The notes under the pieces were generated by a model, which searched no databases, was not told the DNA's origin, and worked only from the letters and a program-made list of their open reading frames with translations. From an uncultured Chroococcidiopsis sp. (GTDB taxonomy: Bacteria > Cyanobacteriota > Cyanobacteriia > Cyanobacteriales > Chroococcidiopsidaceae): a DNA stretch of 64,000 nucleotides. A program made the translations under genes and the position numbers. Below are positions 20,896 through 30,523 of this stretch, one piece after another; position 1 is the first letter of the stretch; each line of letters begins with the position of its first letter. Location of the stretch: the NCBI GenBank assembly GCA_964248365.1, contig CAXTYC010000025.1, positions 11,640-75,639 on the forward strand, read 5' to 3'.

Positions 20896-22040
20896 GCATG
20901 ACCCTTTCCAAACCAACCGTAGATCACACACTAGCCGAGCAACTTCTTTGGGAAGCAATAGAAATCGCACAAGATGACTCCAGACAAATTCCTGCGACAC
21001 AATGGGATGCCGAGATCAGAACAATCATTCAAGGAAAACATCTGACTTTCAGATACATTCTCGTGACTGCTCTTTTAGGAAAAGCAACTAACCCGAGCAT
21101 CAATGCCCTTGCTCTTCAAGCAGGTGCTGATCTTGAAGGAGCTTATGATGCCCGCAGCTTGTGTCATGGGATTGTTGTGCCGCTTGAGCGTCAATTGCTG
21201 AACCGTTCGCTGGGAGGTTCAAATGAGCCATTTCTCAATAAGCCCGCCCGCTTTCCAACGATATCCCCATCAAATGCTGTGAGGGCTGGTAGGGATAGAG
21301 AGCTTTTGCTTATACTGCACAAGGTGCTGTCCGAGATAGAAACGTCTGAGCAAGCTTTCAATAGTCTCTGTATTGCCGTGCATTATACCATTGAAAGACA
21401 AACTGCTCGAAATGGGCTTCTTCCTCAACTTTCAGAATCGGCAGACTCCCACTTAAAAATCATTGAATTTGTTGATGCATTTGTCACAAGATCGATTGAG
21501 GGTCAGGTTGCTGCAATCGTAGCAGGAACTATCCTATCCACATATTTTGACCAGTTTGAAGGCTTTGAGGTCATTGTCCATCCGGTTAATCAAAGTGGCG
21601 CTTCCTCCAATGAAGTGGCAGATATAGACATCAAGAAGAATGGTAAAATCTTTGTGGCAATTGAGGTTAAGGATAAACAGTTCAGTGAGCAGGATGTTGA
21701 TCATGCTGCTTTCAAAGCGAGTCAATATAGCTTAAAGTCAATCACGTTCGTCATTGGAGTAAGTGGAACGTGTATCGGTTCATCTCTTGAGCAGGTTGCA
21801 AAAACTGTTTTGCTCACGAGAAACGTTAATGTCATTTTTGTTGATATTGTCTCCTTTATTAGATCGGTAATTGCATTATGTCCAGAGCTTCCCTTTGCCA
21901 CATTTTTTGCAAAGCTCCAGTATTATGCAATCAGCGCTCGGGTCAAGGATGAAGTCTTTGAGCATATTGAACGTGTTTTCCAATCCATACAAGTTCCGTC
22001 CAACCCCCCATCTCACACTTCGCAGGAGCGGACGGAATAG
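20892..22040 (+). CDS. Type II restriction endonuclease, SacI-like family
   Basis: YILVTALLGKA, GAYDARSLCH and GGSNEPFLNKPAR motifs plus a PD-(D/E)xK-type core (ADID...EVKD); adjacent to an m5C methyltransferase. Confidence 0.8.
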   Translation: MSMTLSKPTVDHTLAEQLLWEAIEIAQDDSRQIPATQWDAEIRTIIQGKHLTFRYILVTALLGKATNPSINALALQAGADLEGAYDARSLCHGIVVPLERQLLNRSLGGSNEPFLNKPARFPTISPSNAVRAGRDRELLLILHKVLSEIETSEQAFNSLCIAVHYTIERQTARNGLLPQLSESADSHLKIIEFVDAFVTRSIEGQVAAIVAGTILSTYFDQFEGFEVIVHPVNQSGASSNEVADIDIKKNGKIFVAIEVKDKQFSEQDVDHAAFKASQYSLKSITFVIGVSGTCIGSSLEQVAKTVLLTRNVNVIFVDIVSFIRSVIALCPELPFATFFAKLQYYAISARVKDEVFEHIERVFQSIQVPSNPPSHTSQERTE

Positions 22041-22096
22041 AGATGGTTGGTGAGGATGCGGAGGTTACTTGCTGCGGCTTATCTCAACCGTTAGAC
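22010..22096 (+). other. attC-like site (integron cassette recombination site) with a mutated R'' box
   Basis: ATCTCAC (R'', expected ATCTAAC), 5 bp, GCAGGAGC(GGACGG) ... GCGGCTTATC, 6 bp, GTTAGAC (R'). CCATCTCAC matches the reverse complement of the left-end GTTAGATGG at 8 of 9 positions. Confidence 0.65.
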
Positions 22097-22156
22097 GAGC
22101 TTTCACAAATGGCAGAAAACCAGCGATTTTTATAGGTAGATGTGCTAGATAAAAAT

Positions 22157-23500
22157 TTATTTCCCCACTAAGCGACGGTAAACTGTAGCTAGAGCAGGGT
22201 CATCGCCGACATTGCCTGGAAACAATACTACAGGTAGATTGGGAAACTGAGGGTGATCTGCCCCAGTGCGTACCATTGAACATCCTGCTAAAATTTGACC
22301 GAGTAGCCGTGCTGAAGTCAAAGCAAGTCCCTTACTCAAGACATCGTTGGAAGTAATACCACCTTTGCTGATTAAAAATCCAATATCTGCGGGTAAACCG
22401 TGTACTATATCCATTAATAAGGCAGAAACATCTGCGCCAAACTGCAAGCGTGTCTGCATATCTGCAAACACTAATTCCTTACGACTGGTATAAACCACTG
22501 GTGTTTTGCCAGCATTATGTGCCGCATGAACTTTTTCTAAAGTAGAGTTAAGTAACTTTCCTGGTTGCTCTAATGAATCATCCAGTAATTGAGCTACATC
22601 GACTTCAATGCCGACTATATTCTTTTCTTGTAACAACACATCCAACTGCTGGCTAGTTTTCTTGACGTGGGAACCGACAATGATCGCACCTGGTTTACTA
22701 CCTCGCACATATTGCGACATTTCCTCGGCTGGAACTGGTTGAGGCGGTAATCCAGCTAAGGCGGTTAACAGGCTAGCAGCACTGCGAAATAAAAAGCGTT
22801 TACCCTCGCTTGCTGCTGTGAGAATATCCTTAGCAAAAGAGTTGAGATCGTCTATAGTTTCGGCATCAACAGCTACACATTTGTTACCTGTGAGACTTTT
22901 TAACCGTTCCAATGTAGAGATTTTACCTGTAACGTCTTTACCGCTGCGAATATCTGTTAATAAAAATCTTTCTACTGCTTTGGCTGGGATACGCCCTTTA
23001 GTCTTTTCTTCAACGTAATCAGGTAAGTAACTATAGGTGTAACCAAAAACTGAATCACGGGCAAACTCAGTTTCATGGACGGGAGTAGGAACACCGTCAA
23101 TAATTAGATAGTGTACGCTGTCGCGGGTGACTCTTCCGCCTTCAAAGAAAGCTGGAACGAGGAAATGGGCATCAAAAGGACCAAGTTCAGAGGCAATTAC
23201 ATCAGTTTCAATCGGGTAATGCCCCCGTAAGGTAGAATCAGAACGACTGACAATCAGGAAATCTTGAATATTTTCAGCTTTCAATGCTGGTTTGAGGTTG
23301 CGGCAGACTTCTTGGGTAACAGATGCTGCTTGATCTGGGGGAAGCGATCGCGTATTTGTCAGTATAAAGAAAATTGGCGACTCATCCCGCAATCCCAGCC
23401 TTAAAGTGTCCACATCCCACCGCATCAGCAATAGGCAACTGTGAACGGTTTGAGAACCAGTAGGATCGTCATCGAGAACAATAATTTTAGGAGTTGCCAT
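22157..23500 (-). CDS. Four-carbon acid sugar kinase family protein (DUF1537)
   Basis: VLDDDPTGSQ, SRSDSTLRGH, KGGITS and FPGNVG motifs. Confidence 0.92.
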   Translation of the reverse strand: MATPKIIVLDDDPTGSQTVHSCLLLMRWDVDTLRLGLRDESPIFFILTNTRSLPPDQAASVTQEVCRNLKPALKAENIQDFLIVSRSDSTLRGHYPIETDVIASELGPFDAHFLVPAFFEGGRVTRDSVHYLIIDGVPTPVHETEFARDSVFGYTYSYLPDYVEEKTKGRIPAKAVERFLLTDIRSGKDVTGKISTLERLKSLTGNKCVAVDAETIDDLNSFAKDILTAASEGKRFLFRSAASLLTALAGLPPQPVPAEEMSQYVRGSKPGAIIVGSHVKKTSQQLDVLLQEKNIVGIEVDVAQLLDDSLEQPGKLLNSTLEKVHAAHNAGKTPVVYTSRKELVFADMQTRLQFGADVSALLMDIVHGLPADIGFLISKGGITSNDVLSKGLALTSARLLGQILAGCSMVRTGADHPQFPNLPVVLFPGNVGDDPALATVYRRLVGK

Positions 23501-23536
23501 TTGAACCTATGAGCGCTTCCCTTGTTATTTTCTCAT

Positions 23537-24130
23537 CTACAGTCGTATTCCGTTAATAAATTCTGTTCTTGCTTCAAGGATTGAAGGCAATAGTACACAA
23601 CGCGCCAGCAATTCTATATTTAATTCGGGAAGCAAGCTACTACGGGAAATCGGCTGATAATTATCTTCTTCCAATCTATAGAGAGACAACTGGTTATTTT
23701 CCCAAAACCATACTTCAGTTATTTTGAATCGCTTGTATTTTTCTAGCTTACCTGTACCACCGCTAGTAATAACTACTTCAATAGCTAAGTCAGGATGCTC
23801 TTTCTTTTCCCCTATATAATAAGATTCATCTGGTTCAAATAAAACATCTTTAGTTTTATCTTCCCTCGTGGTATTGCCTACAGGGATAAAATTAATCCCC
23901 TTTTCAAAAAAGTAGAGTGCTAGCAATATAGCCAAGACACTTTTGATATTTTCATGCTGTTCACTAACTGTCATAAACTCCACACACCCATCAAGGTAAG
24001 ATATTCGTACACCTGGGAATTCTTCCATCCCCGCTTGTAGCTTCTTGAATTGTTGCCAAGTGTACCGCCCTGGTAGAATAAATCGCTGTTCTTTAACCGA
24101 GGTAATTTTTTTAACGAGTTCTGTAGTCAT
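23537..24130 (-). CDS. Uma2 (DUF820) family protein
   Basis: RISYLDG, EPDESY, PDLAIEVV and EVWFWE motifs. Confidence 0.9.
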   Translation of the reverse strand: MTTELVKKITSVKEQRFILPGRYTWQQFKKLQAGMEEFPGVRISYLDGCVEFMTVSEQHENIKSVLAILLALYFFEKGINFIPVGNTTREDKTKDVLFEPDESYYIGEKKEHPDLAIEVVITSGGTGKLEKYKRFKITEVWFWENNQLSLYRLEEDNYQPISRSSLLPELNIELLARCVLLPSILEARTEFINGIRL

Positions 24131-24442
24131 GGCGCTCTTTCTCCTATCCGATTAACCTTATGTTAGTTTGAATGCATATTTTGTAGCTTTTTCATGAATC
24201 AATTCCTATCAGTACAGATAGTAAATCACCAAGGGTGATGGCTTCTTACTAGCTCGGTTAATTTAATAATTAATGTCCTATCTAGCAAGTAGTAGCCAAC
24301 CTCGCCGAAGCCTCTATACTCGTTCAGCCTGGGAACAAAATCAGGGAGGTTATACCTCACAAGATATGAGTAAGAAGATTTTGAAATTAATTTTTACCTA
24401 ACTTCTACCTAAACAAAGATGCAAAAATTCGTATTTCTACAA

Positions 24443-25087
24443 TTAGATAGAAGACAATATCTCTGCGCGTAATTTTGCAATTAAATCGTCAAGACCATCC
24501 ATATTGAGCCGATAACTTAAAGGATGGGCAATAAGTCTTGCTGTACTTTCAAACAGTGTTTCAATCTCAATTAAGCCATTTTCTTGCAGTGTTCGCCCCG
24601 TCGAAACCAAATCGACGATTGCCTCAGACATCCCTGTAATTGGTCCGAGTTCGACTGAACCAGACAGCGGTACAATTTCCACAGGTAGATCTAGACTTTG
24701 GAAATATTCAAAGGCACAATTAACAAACTTAGATGCAACCCTACCATGAGGCGGTAATTCCAAAGCTGACCGATAAGAACTAGATGCTTTCACTGCTACT
24801 GACAACCGACAGCGACCAAACTGCAAGTCAACTAAATGTGCTACTTTGGGCTTTTTTTCTCGCAGTACATCATAACCAACAATGCCTAGCTGTGCTTGAC
24901 CATATTCCACGTAAACAGGCACATCTTGCGCCCTGACCAAAAGTGCTTTAGCAATGTTATTAGGATCTTGAATTTGTAGTTGTCGATTGGCTGAATCAAG
25001 AAAAGCGCTGAAATCCAACCCCACCGATTGCAACAAACGAATACTATCCTTTAACAGTGCGCCTTTGGGTAATGCAACAGTAATCAT
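24443..25087 (-). CDS. hisG: ATP phosphoribosyltransferase, short form
   Basis: ALPKG, RAQDVP and GSVELGP...[12 protein letters not shown] motifs; 214 aa. Confidence 0.97.
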   Translation of the reverse strand: MITVALPKGALLKDSIRLLQSVGLDFSAFLDSANRQLQIQDPNNIAKALLVRAQDVPVYVEYGQAQLGIVGYDVLREKKPKVAHLVDLQFGRCRLSVAVKASSSYRSALELPPHGRVASKFVNCAFEYFQSLDLPVEIVPLSGSVELGPITGMSEAIVDLVSTGRTLQENGLIEIETLFESTARLIAHPLSYRLNMDGLDDLIAKLRAEILSSI

Positions 25088-25311
25088 AGCGATTTTAGAT
25101 TTTAGATTTTAGATTTTAGATTGGGGGATTACAAGTTACAAGCAAGTCGAATCTCAGTTTAACAAGTACTATTGCTAATCCAAAATCCAAAATATCTAAT
25201 TCTTCTTCTCCCCCCGCTTTCTTCTTCTCCCTCCGCTCAAAGTGCATCCCCTGCTCAAGAACGCTCTTTTCTAGCCCCTAGCCCCTAGCCCCTAACCCCT
25301 AGCCCCTAGTT

Positions 25312-25998
25312 ATGCGGATACTCCTAGTTGATGATGAAGCTGAACTAACTGATCCACTCAGCCGAGTGCTAACTCGTGAAGGTTATCAAGTTGATGTAGC
25401 TTATGATGGGGAAGCAGGTAGCTTTCTAGCAGAACAAGGAAGCTATGACCTGCTGATTCTCGATTGGATGCTACCAGTTAAAACTGGGTTAGAGATTTGT
25501 CAACAAGTGCGACAGGCAAAGAAAACTACACCTGTCCTCTTCCTTACAGCCAAAGATACCATAGACGATCGCGTACAAGGTTTAGATGCTGGTGCTGACG
25601 ATTATCTAGTTAAGCCTTTTGAACTGCGAGAGTTACTAGCGCGAGTCCGCGCCTTGTTAAGGCGTTCGGCTAGTGATATCCACCCCGCCACAACCCAACG
25701 CCTACAAGTAGCAGATTTGGAACTAGATTGCGAAAATCAGCTAGCCTACCGCACTGGGCGCATAATTGAACTATCAGAAAAAGAATCTCAGTTATTAGAA
25801 TATTTCATGCGCCATAAGAGTCAATTATTAACTCACACACAAATTTATCAACATTTGTGGAAAGAAGACGAACAACCGAGTAGTAACGTTTTGGCTGCTT
25901 TAATTCGGTTGCTACGCCGCAAAATTGAAGCACCTGGTGAAATACCTTTGGTTCACACTGTTTACGGCAAAGGTTATCGCTTTGGCGAAAGTAGTTAA
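25312..25998 (+). CDS. OmpR-family response regulator (RppA-like)
   Basis: REC domain (LVDDE, ILDWMLP, GADDYLVKPF) plus winged helix (LRRKI, TVYGKGYRF). Confidence 0.92.
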   Translation: MRILLVDDEAELTDPLSRVLTREGYQVDVAYDGEAGSFLAEQGSYDLLILDWMLPVKTGLEICQQVRQAKKTTPVLFLTAKDTIDDRVQGLDAGADDYLVKPFELRELLARVRALLRRSASDIHPATTQRLQVADLELDCENQLAYRTGRIIELSEKESQLLEYFMRHKSQLLTHTQIYQHLWKEDEQPSSNVLAALIRLLRRKIEAPGEIPLVHTVYGKGYRFGESS

Positions 25999-26057
25999 TT
26001 TAGTTTTTTTTCCCTTTCTCGTTCCCAGGCTGAGTCTGGGAAGGAGGGGTTTGATTT

Positions 26058-26591
26058 TTAATTATTTCTATTTTTATAAATTCTGTATTCTACCATGTGT
26101 AGAATATTTCCACTCATATTTGTTTTGTCGTATTCCTTAACAATTTCTCCGCCTAATGCTTCTGGGATTTTTCGACTAGCAATGTTTGCTCGGTCAACAT
26201 GATAACAAAGATACTTATAATCTAAGTTTTCATCAGCCCAATGTTTAATAGCTGTAATTGCCTCTAGCCCGTATTTATTGCCGTGTGCTGCCTTTTTGAG
26301 CCAAATTCCTAATTCTGGATCTTTCTGAGTAATATTATGAATACCCGCGCAACCTAAAAATTATTGAGATTCTTTTTTTAAGATAACGAGTCCCAAATTG
26401 CTACTATTTTTTATCCCTGCAATTGATTCGTTGAGAAATGCTTCTGTTTCCGAAATCTTTTTTGGCGATCGCGGTATCATATAGGTGGTAATTTCATCAG
26501 TAAATTCCGAAAAAATTTCTTCTTGATATTGCATTGATATAGGTTTCAACAACAAACGATTTGTTGATATTTCCACACCCAATAAATTCAT
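26058..26591 (-). pseudogene. RimJ/RimL-type GNAT acetyltransferase interrupted by one in-frame TAA
   Basis: After TAA at 26361-26363 the frame continues FLGCAGIH...PELGIWLKKAAHGNKYGLEA...NIASRKIPEALGG...YRIYKNRNN* to 26058 (178 codons in total). Confidence 0.8.
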
Positions 26592-26601
26592 ATTTTACTC
26601 T

Positions 26602-27639
26602 CTACAAACTTGTTGATGATCGCAAGGTATCTATTGCATTTTGCAACTTTTCTCTTAATGCCTGTGCTTGTCGGTAAGCAGATGATCTATCCCCTTTGGA
26701 GGATGTATTTTGAGATTGAATTTGCCCTGGTTGTGAATCGATTTGATATAAAGGTTGAATAAAATAACGCAGATCAGTTTTCATTGCCCAAACTCCCATC
26801 GAGGGAAAGAGAACAAAGACGGGCATCAAAATAGAAAGAGGCAAGAAAGGTAGACTGAATCTTTTAGCTAATTTTTTCAGATTTATTGCCCAAGGATGCA
26901 AAAATTCGTTCCCAATGCAAACAACTGGGAGAATTGGAATCGAAGTGCGATCGCTTAATCTAATAAAGCTTATATCAAAAGTTTGCAGCTGGTAGCGGTG
27001 TTGCCAACCCTTCCCTGGACCCCTTAACCCTTCGGGAGCATAGAGTAAAATGGTATTTTGGGTTAGTGCCGCTTCAAATTCATCTATCTGTGCCCTCACA
27101 CCACCCAGCACCTTAGACCATCCAGCAGGTAGCCACCAAATCACCCAAGGATGGTCAAACAAAGCAACACCAGCCAACGGTTGCACACTCCAACCGCGTG
27201 TTTTACTTAAAAGATAACCCAGTGCCAAGAAATCCCAAGGAAAAGACATTCCAGCATGATTCATTGCCACAATCAAAGGTTCAGTCTGAGGCAAATTCTC
27301 AACTTGTCTGAGTTGGGCGCGAAAATGATATTTCACAATTGGCGCTAAAATTTCATCTCGAAAAGCTTGCTGATAAATAGGATCAAAGTGCGTTTCTTGA
27401 CTATTAGGTAAACGGCAGCCCAAGCGTAACCAACGCAGTAGCAGGGCTAAATAAAATCCCCCTGGAAGCAAAAATAAGCCGTATTCCAACCAATTCCAAC
27501 CATCAGGATCAGCATGATAATGTTGCCAATGACGGTTAAAGAGAATCAGCCAGCCTGGAGGATACCACAGGCAAAACCAATCGAACCAGGTAAAACTATA
27601 GCCACTCACATTCGGTAAATTGCAACTAACCAACCTCAT
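26602..27639 (-). CDS. PlsC/LPLAT-superfamily acyltransferase
   Basis: NHAGMSFPWD, YAPEG and PILPV motifs; N-terminal Trp-rich membrane segment; the start may be the GTG near 27609. Confidence 0.8.
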   Translation of the reverse strand: MRLVSCNLPNVSGYSFTWFDWFCLWYPPGWLILFNRHWQHYHADPDGWNWLEYGLFLLPGGFYLALLLRWLRLGCRLPNSQETHFDPIYQQAFRDEILAPIVKYHFRAQLRQVENLPQTEPLIVAMNHAGMSFPWDFLALGYLLSKTRGWSVQPLAGVALFDHPWVIWWLPAGWSKVLGGVRAQIDEFEAALTQNTILLYAPEGLRGPGKGWQHRYQLQTFDISFIRLSDRTSIPILPVVCIGNEFLHPWAINLKKLAKRFSLPFLPLSILMPVFVLFPSMGVWAMKTDLRYFIQPLYQIDSQPGQIQSQNTSSKGDRSSAYRQAQALREKLQNAIDTLRSSTSL

Positions 27640-27859
27640 CGTGACGTTCTCCTAGCACAAAATCGAAGATTTGGTGTAGGCTTGTCTATTTCACATTAGA
27701 GCATTCCTACGTTGCACTTGGCTAGAACTTTCGTTCCTCGCTAGTACGCAATCACTAGGCAGTTTCCGTTCCGCTCCGTCCGAGCGTAATAAAATACCCA
27801 CAAGTGGGTAACTCTACTTTGTAGCACAATCAAAACAAATTGGTATGAGTATTGATATA

Positions 27860-27955
27860 TAGAGCAATCCTAAATGATTTATCAGGTGTGCCGGAAATTC
27901 CGCCGCAGGCAGGAGGTTCCAGCTCCACATTCATAATTAAAATATGATTGCTATA
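27860..27955. mobile_element. TA-bounded MITE-like repeat (TAnAGCAATCCTA...GATTGCTATA)
   Basis: Terminal inverted repeats; related copies at 58301-58450 and a half copy at 42370-42396. Confidence 0.55.
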
Positions 27956-28042
27956 TAATAGTTTTTGTATTCCTTTTTTTTTAATACTTATTTTATAAAT
28001 CAAAAGCTAAAGGCTAAAAGCTAATCACTAGGAGTCTGAAAA

Positions 28043-28783
28043 ATGATAGGCGAAATCAAAGCAGATCTAAGCCATTTAACTACAGAAGAACTTAAACAGC
28101 AACTTTTAGCTCTTACTGGGGATAGAGATACAGATCCTTTCAGCACAAAAGTACAGTTTTATAAAAATGAATTGGAGCCATTTTTTACCGAGTTGAGTCG
28201 GCGCAATCCATTTCCCAATGCTGACGATCAAGTGCCGCTGGTAATTGGTGTTTGGACACCAATTTGGACAACTATACCTTTTCAAGAAACTTTGCCTGGG
28301 CGTATTCGTGAGCAGTCTTATCAAATTTTTCATGACAATGGTTATTATGCCAATATTGCTCGATACGCCCCAGGAAGTAAGCTATCTTTTTTACAAAATA
28401 TTTCATCAATTCTGTTAGCTTTCGACTTGATGGTGCTGCAAAAGTTTGAGGTACACAATGGTCAATGGTATATTCAAAACGTCAGAATAGAACAAGCTTT
28501 GCGAATGAGAGGAATTCCTTTGAGTATCGACAAAGCAGAAGATTGGTTTGATAATGTAGTTAAATCAAAATTAAAGGAATCTTCTAAAAATATAAATATA
28601 GAAGTTCCGTCTCCACCCGAATTCAAAAATTTAAATAAAACGACTTCCAAAAAATTTGAAAAAATCTTCTTAGCCACTCCTCAGCTTGAGCATTTATATA
28701 TAGATCGGGATTTTCGCCTAGTTAAAACTCAACGCGAAGCCAAACAACGACCTTCTTATACAATTGCCATACGTAGACAGTAG
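28043..28783 (+). CDS. Hypothetical protein, possibly PAP/fibrillin (lipocalin)-like
   Basis: IGVWTPIWTT and HLYIDRDFRLV resemble fibrillin GxWxLxYTT and YLDxxLRI motifs. Confidence 0.5.
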   Translation: MIGEIKADLSHLTTEELKQQLLALTGDRDTDPFSTKVQFYKNELEPFFTELSRRNPFPNADDQVPLVIGVWTPIWTTIPFQETLPGRIREQSYQIFHDNGYYANIARYAPGSKLSFLQNISSILLAFDLMVLQKFEVHNGQWYIQNVRIEQALRMRGIPLSIDKAEDWFDNVVKSKLKESSKNINIEVPSPPEFKNLNKTTSKKFEKIFLATPQLEHLYIDRDFRLVKTQREAKQRPSYTIAIRRQ

Positions 28784-28935
28784 CCTTTGAAAGGGAAAAG
28801 GGTAAAGAGGTATTGCGGAAAAGGGAAAGGAGACCCACGAAGATCGACCCACGACAGAATATTTAATTCTTTCATCTCCCCTGAAGCTCCTTGCGCCCCT
28901 GAAGCCCCTTTGCCCCTTTGCTCTCACGCCCGCCC

Positions 28936-29322
28936 CTACTCTCCTGAGTGTCCATCCCGCCGCCCTAATTCGTAGACTCCACAGCCCACACAAGCTAGCA
29001 TACCTACACTAATTGCCCAGCTACTGCCCAAGCCTCTTTCAATGCCATAGTTGCACAAGCCACCGATGATTAAAAACGGCACTATGCTCAACAGGGAGGC
29101 ATAAAAAGCGTTTTGGGATTCTCTGCCTTTACGAGTTCTTTCAAATTCAGCTTCACTGGTGTAGAGCGATCGCTCGGCAAAGTTAAACCAGCGCTGTAGT
29201 TGGTGCATGAGCCATTCGCCCACAGCAGGAAAGCTCAAGTATAGAGCCAAAGACCATAGACTTGCTCCGGCGATCGCAGTCGCATTCAGATCAAACCTAA
29301 ACGGAAGCATTTCACTGTGCAT
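28936..29322 (-). CDS. Membrane protein of unknown function
   Basis: Three hydrophobic segments; ends YELGRRD. Confidence 0.75.
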   Translation of the reverse strand: MHSEMLPFRFDLNATAIAGASLWSLALYLSFPAVGEWLMHQLQRWFNFAERSLYTSEAEFERTRKGRESQNAFYASLLSIVPFLIIGGLCNYGIERGLGSSWAISVGMLACVGCGVYELGRRDGHSGE

Positions 29323-29748
29323 GGGACGCTCGTTGCTTGAATACTTAACTTTAATTAAGGGCTTTTAAAAATTTTAACGATAAAGTTAAACATTTACACA
29401 AACTTTACAAAAATTCTAGTGTTCTTACCGAGGAAACTGCCAAGGGCAAATTGTTCTAAATGGTTCTAATGCGTATATTCGCCCAATAATTGCAGCAATT
29501 CACCAAGCGGGGCTTGCGCGATCAGTAAAATTACGCTTGCCCTAGAAGTATAAACAGTGTTAAGTTTTTGCTGGCTTTTTGTAGATCCTATCCCAAGCAA
29601 ACTGTCAATCCTACTTAAGTAAGTTTATGTAACCTACCTCATGCCCAGTGCTAACGAGTCTAAGGATATCAACTAGGTGGCATACATTTGCTGCAAGTGA
29701 TCGCAAGACAAGTTCTAGTCGTCTTTTAAAGCTTCATAAATCTGTAAT

Positions 29749-30396
29749 ATGACTCATCTCGCAAATCCCAGACAAAAAAGCTTTGCTCACAAGAGAAAAA
29801 TCCTTCTTCTGGTCGCCCTGAGTCTTGTAATACCACTAATGGGCTTGCCGCAAAAAACGGTCAAGGCAGTGGAAGCAAAGCCAAACGCGATCGCATCTAA
29901 CAACACCTGGCGTGGAGCCTCGTTTCCAGTTGAAAATTTTCAATACTACAGCTCACCTTTTGGCTACCGTCGCTCTGCCACTGGTGGTTCTGGCATAGAA
30001 TTTCATAGCGGCTTAGATTTAGTCGCTCCCCAAGGAAGTTACGTCCGCAGTTGGTGGGCTGGTAGAGTAGAAACGGTTGCTGATGGTGATGCTTGCGGCA
30101 CTCATGTTGTGATTCAATCAGGACCTTGGGAACATATCTATTGTCATATGCAAGGGCAGGTTGGTACACAAGGCAACAACCGCTATCTAATTGATCGTGA
30201 AGGTGGAATTCTGATTTGGCAAGGTCAGATGGTGAATGCTGGCGCAAGAATTGGTCGCGTAGGAATGACCGGACGCACAACAGGTCCCCATCTCCACTGG
30301 GGGCTAAAGTATGCCAAAAACTATATAGACCCTGCCTTGGTTCTGCGAGCCATGTACGGGCAGCAACAAGCAAGTATAGCAGGGAGTAGGGAGTAG
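29749..30396 (+). CDS. M23 family metallopeptidase
   Basis: Signal peptide; SSPFGYR, HSGLD, YCHM and GRTTGPHLH motifs. Confidence 0.93.
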   Translation: MTHLANPRQKSFAHKRKILLLVALSLVIPLMGLPQKTVKAVEAKPNAIASNNTWRGASFPVENFQYYSSPFGYRRSATGGSGIEFHSGLDLVAPQGSYVRSWWAGRVETVADGDACGTHVVIQSGPWEHIYCHMQGQVGTQGNNRYLIDREGGILIWQGQMVNAGARIGRVGMTGRTTGPHLHWGLKYAKNYIDPALVLRAMYGQQQASIAGSRE

Positions 30397-30474
30397 GGTT
30401 GGGGGAGAGGGGGAGAATTGTTAATTTATACTTGCTGCTTTACCCTTTACCCTTTTCCCTTTCACCAACTACCT

Positions 30475-30503
30475 GTAAAGACGTAGCATTGCTACGTCTT
30501 TAC
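30475..30503. repeat. REP/SDR-like GTA(G)-flanked palindrome
   Basis: GTAAAGACGTAGCA-T-TGCTACGTCTTTAC; related elements at 8373-8434, 42290-42313, 53867-53894 and 59648-59704. Confidence 0.7.
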
Positions 30504-30523
30504 CAATTACCAATTACCCATAG

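Noticed and set aside
25312..25998. Response regulator without an adjacent kinase
   Set aside because: Orphan response regulators are common in cyanobacteria, and nothing else here is unusual.
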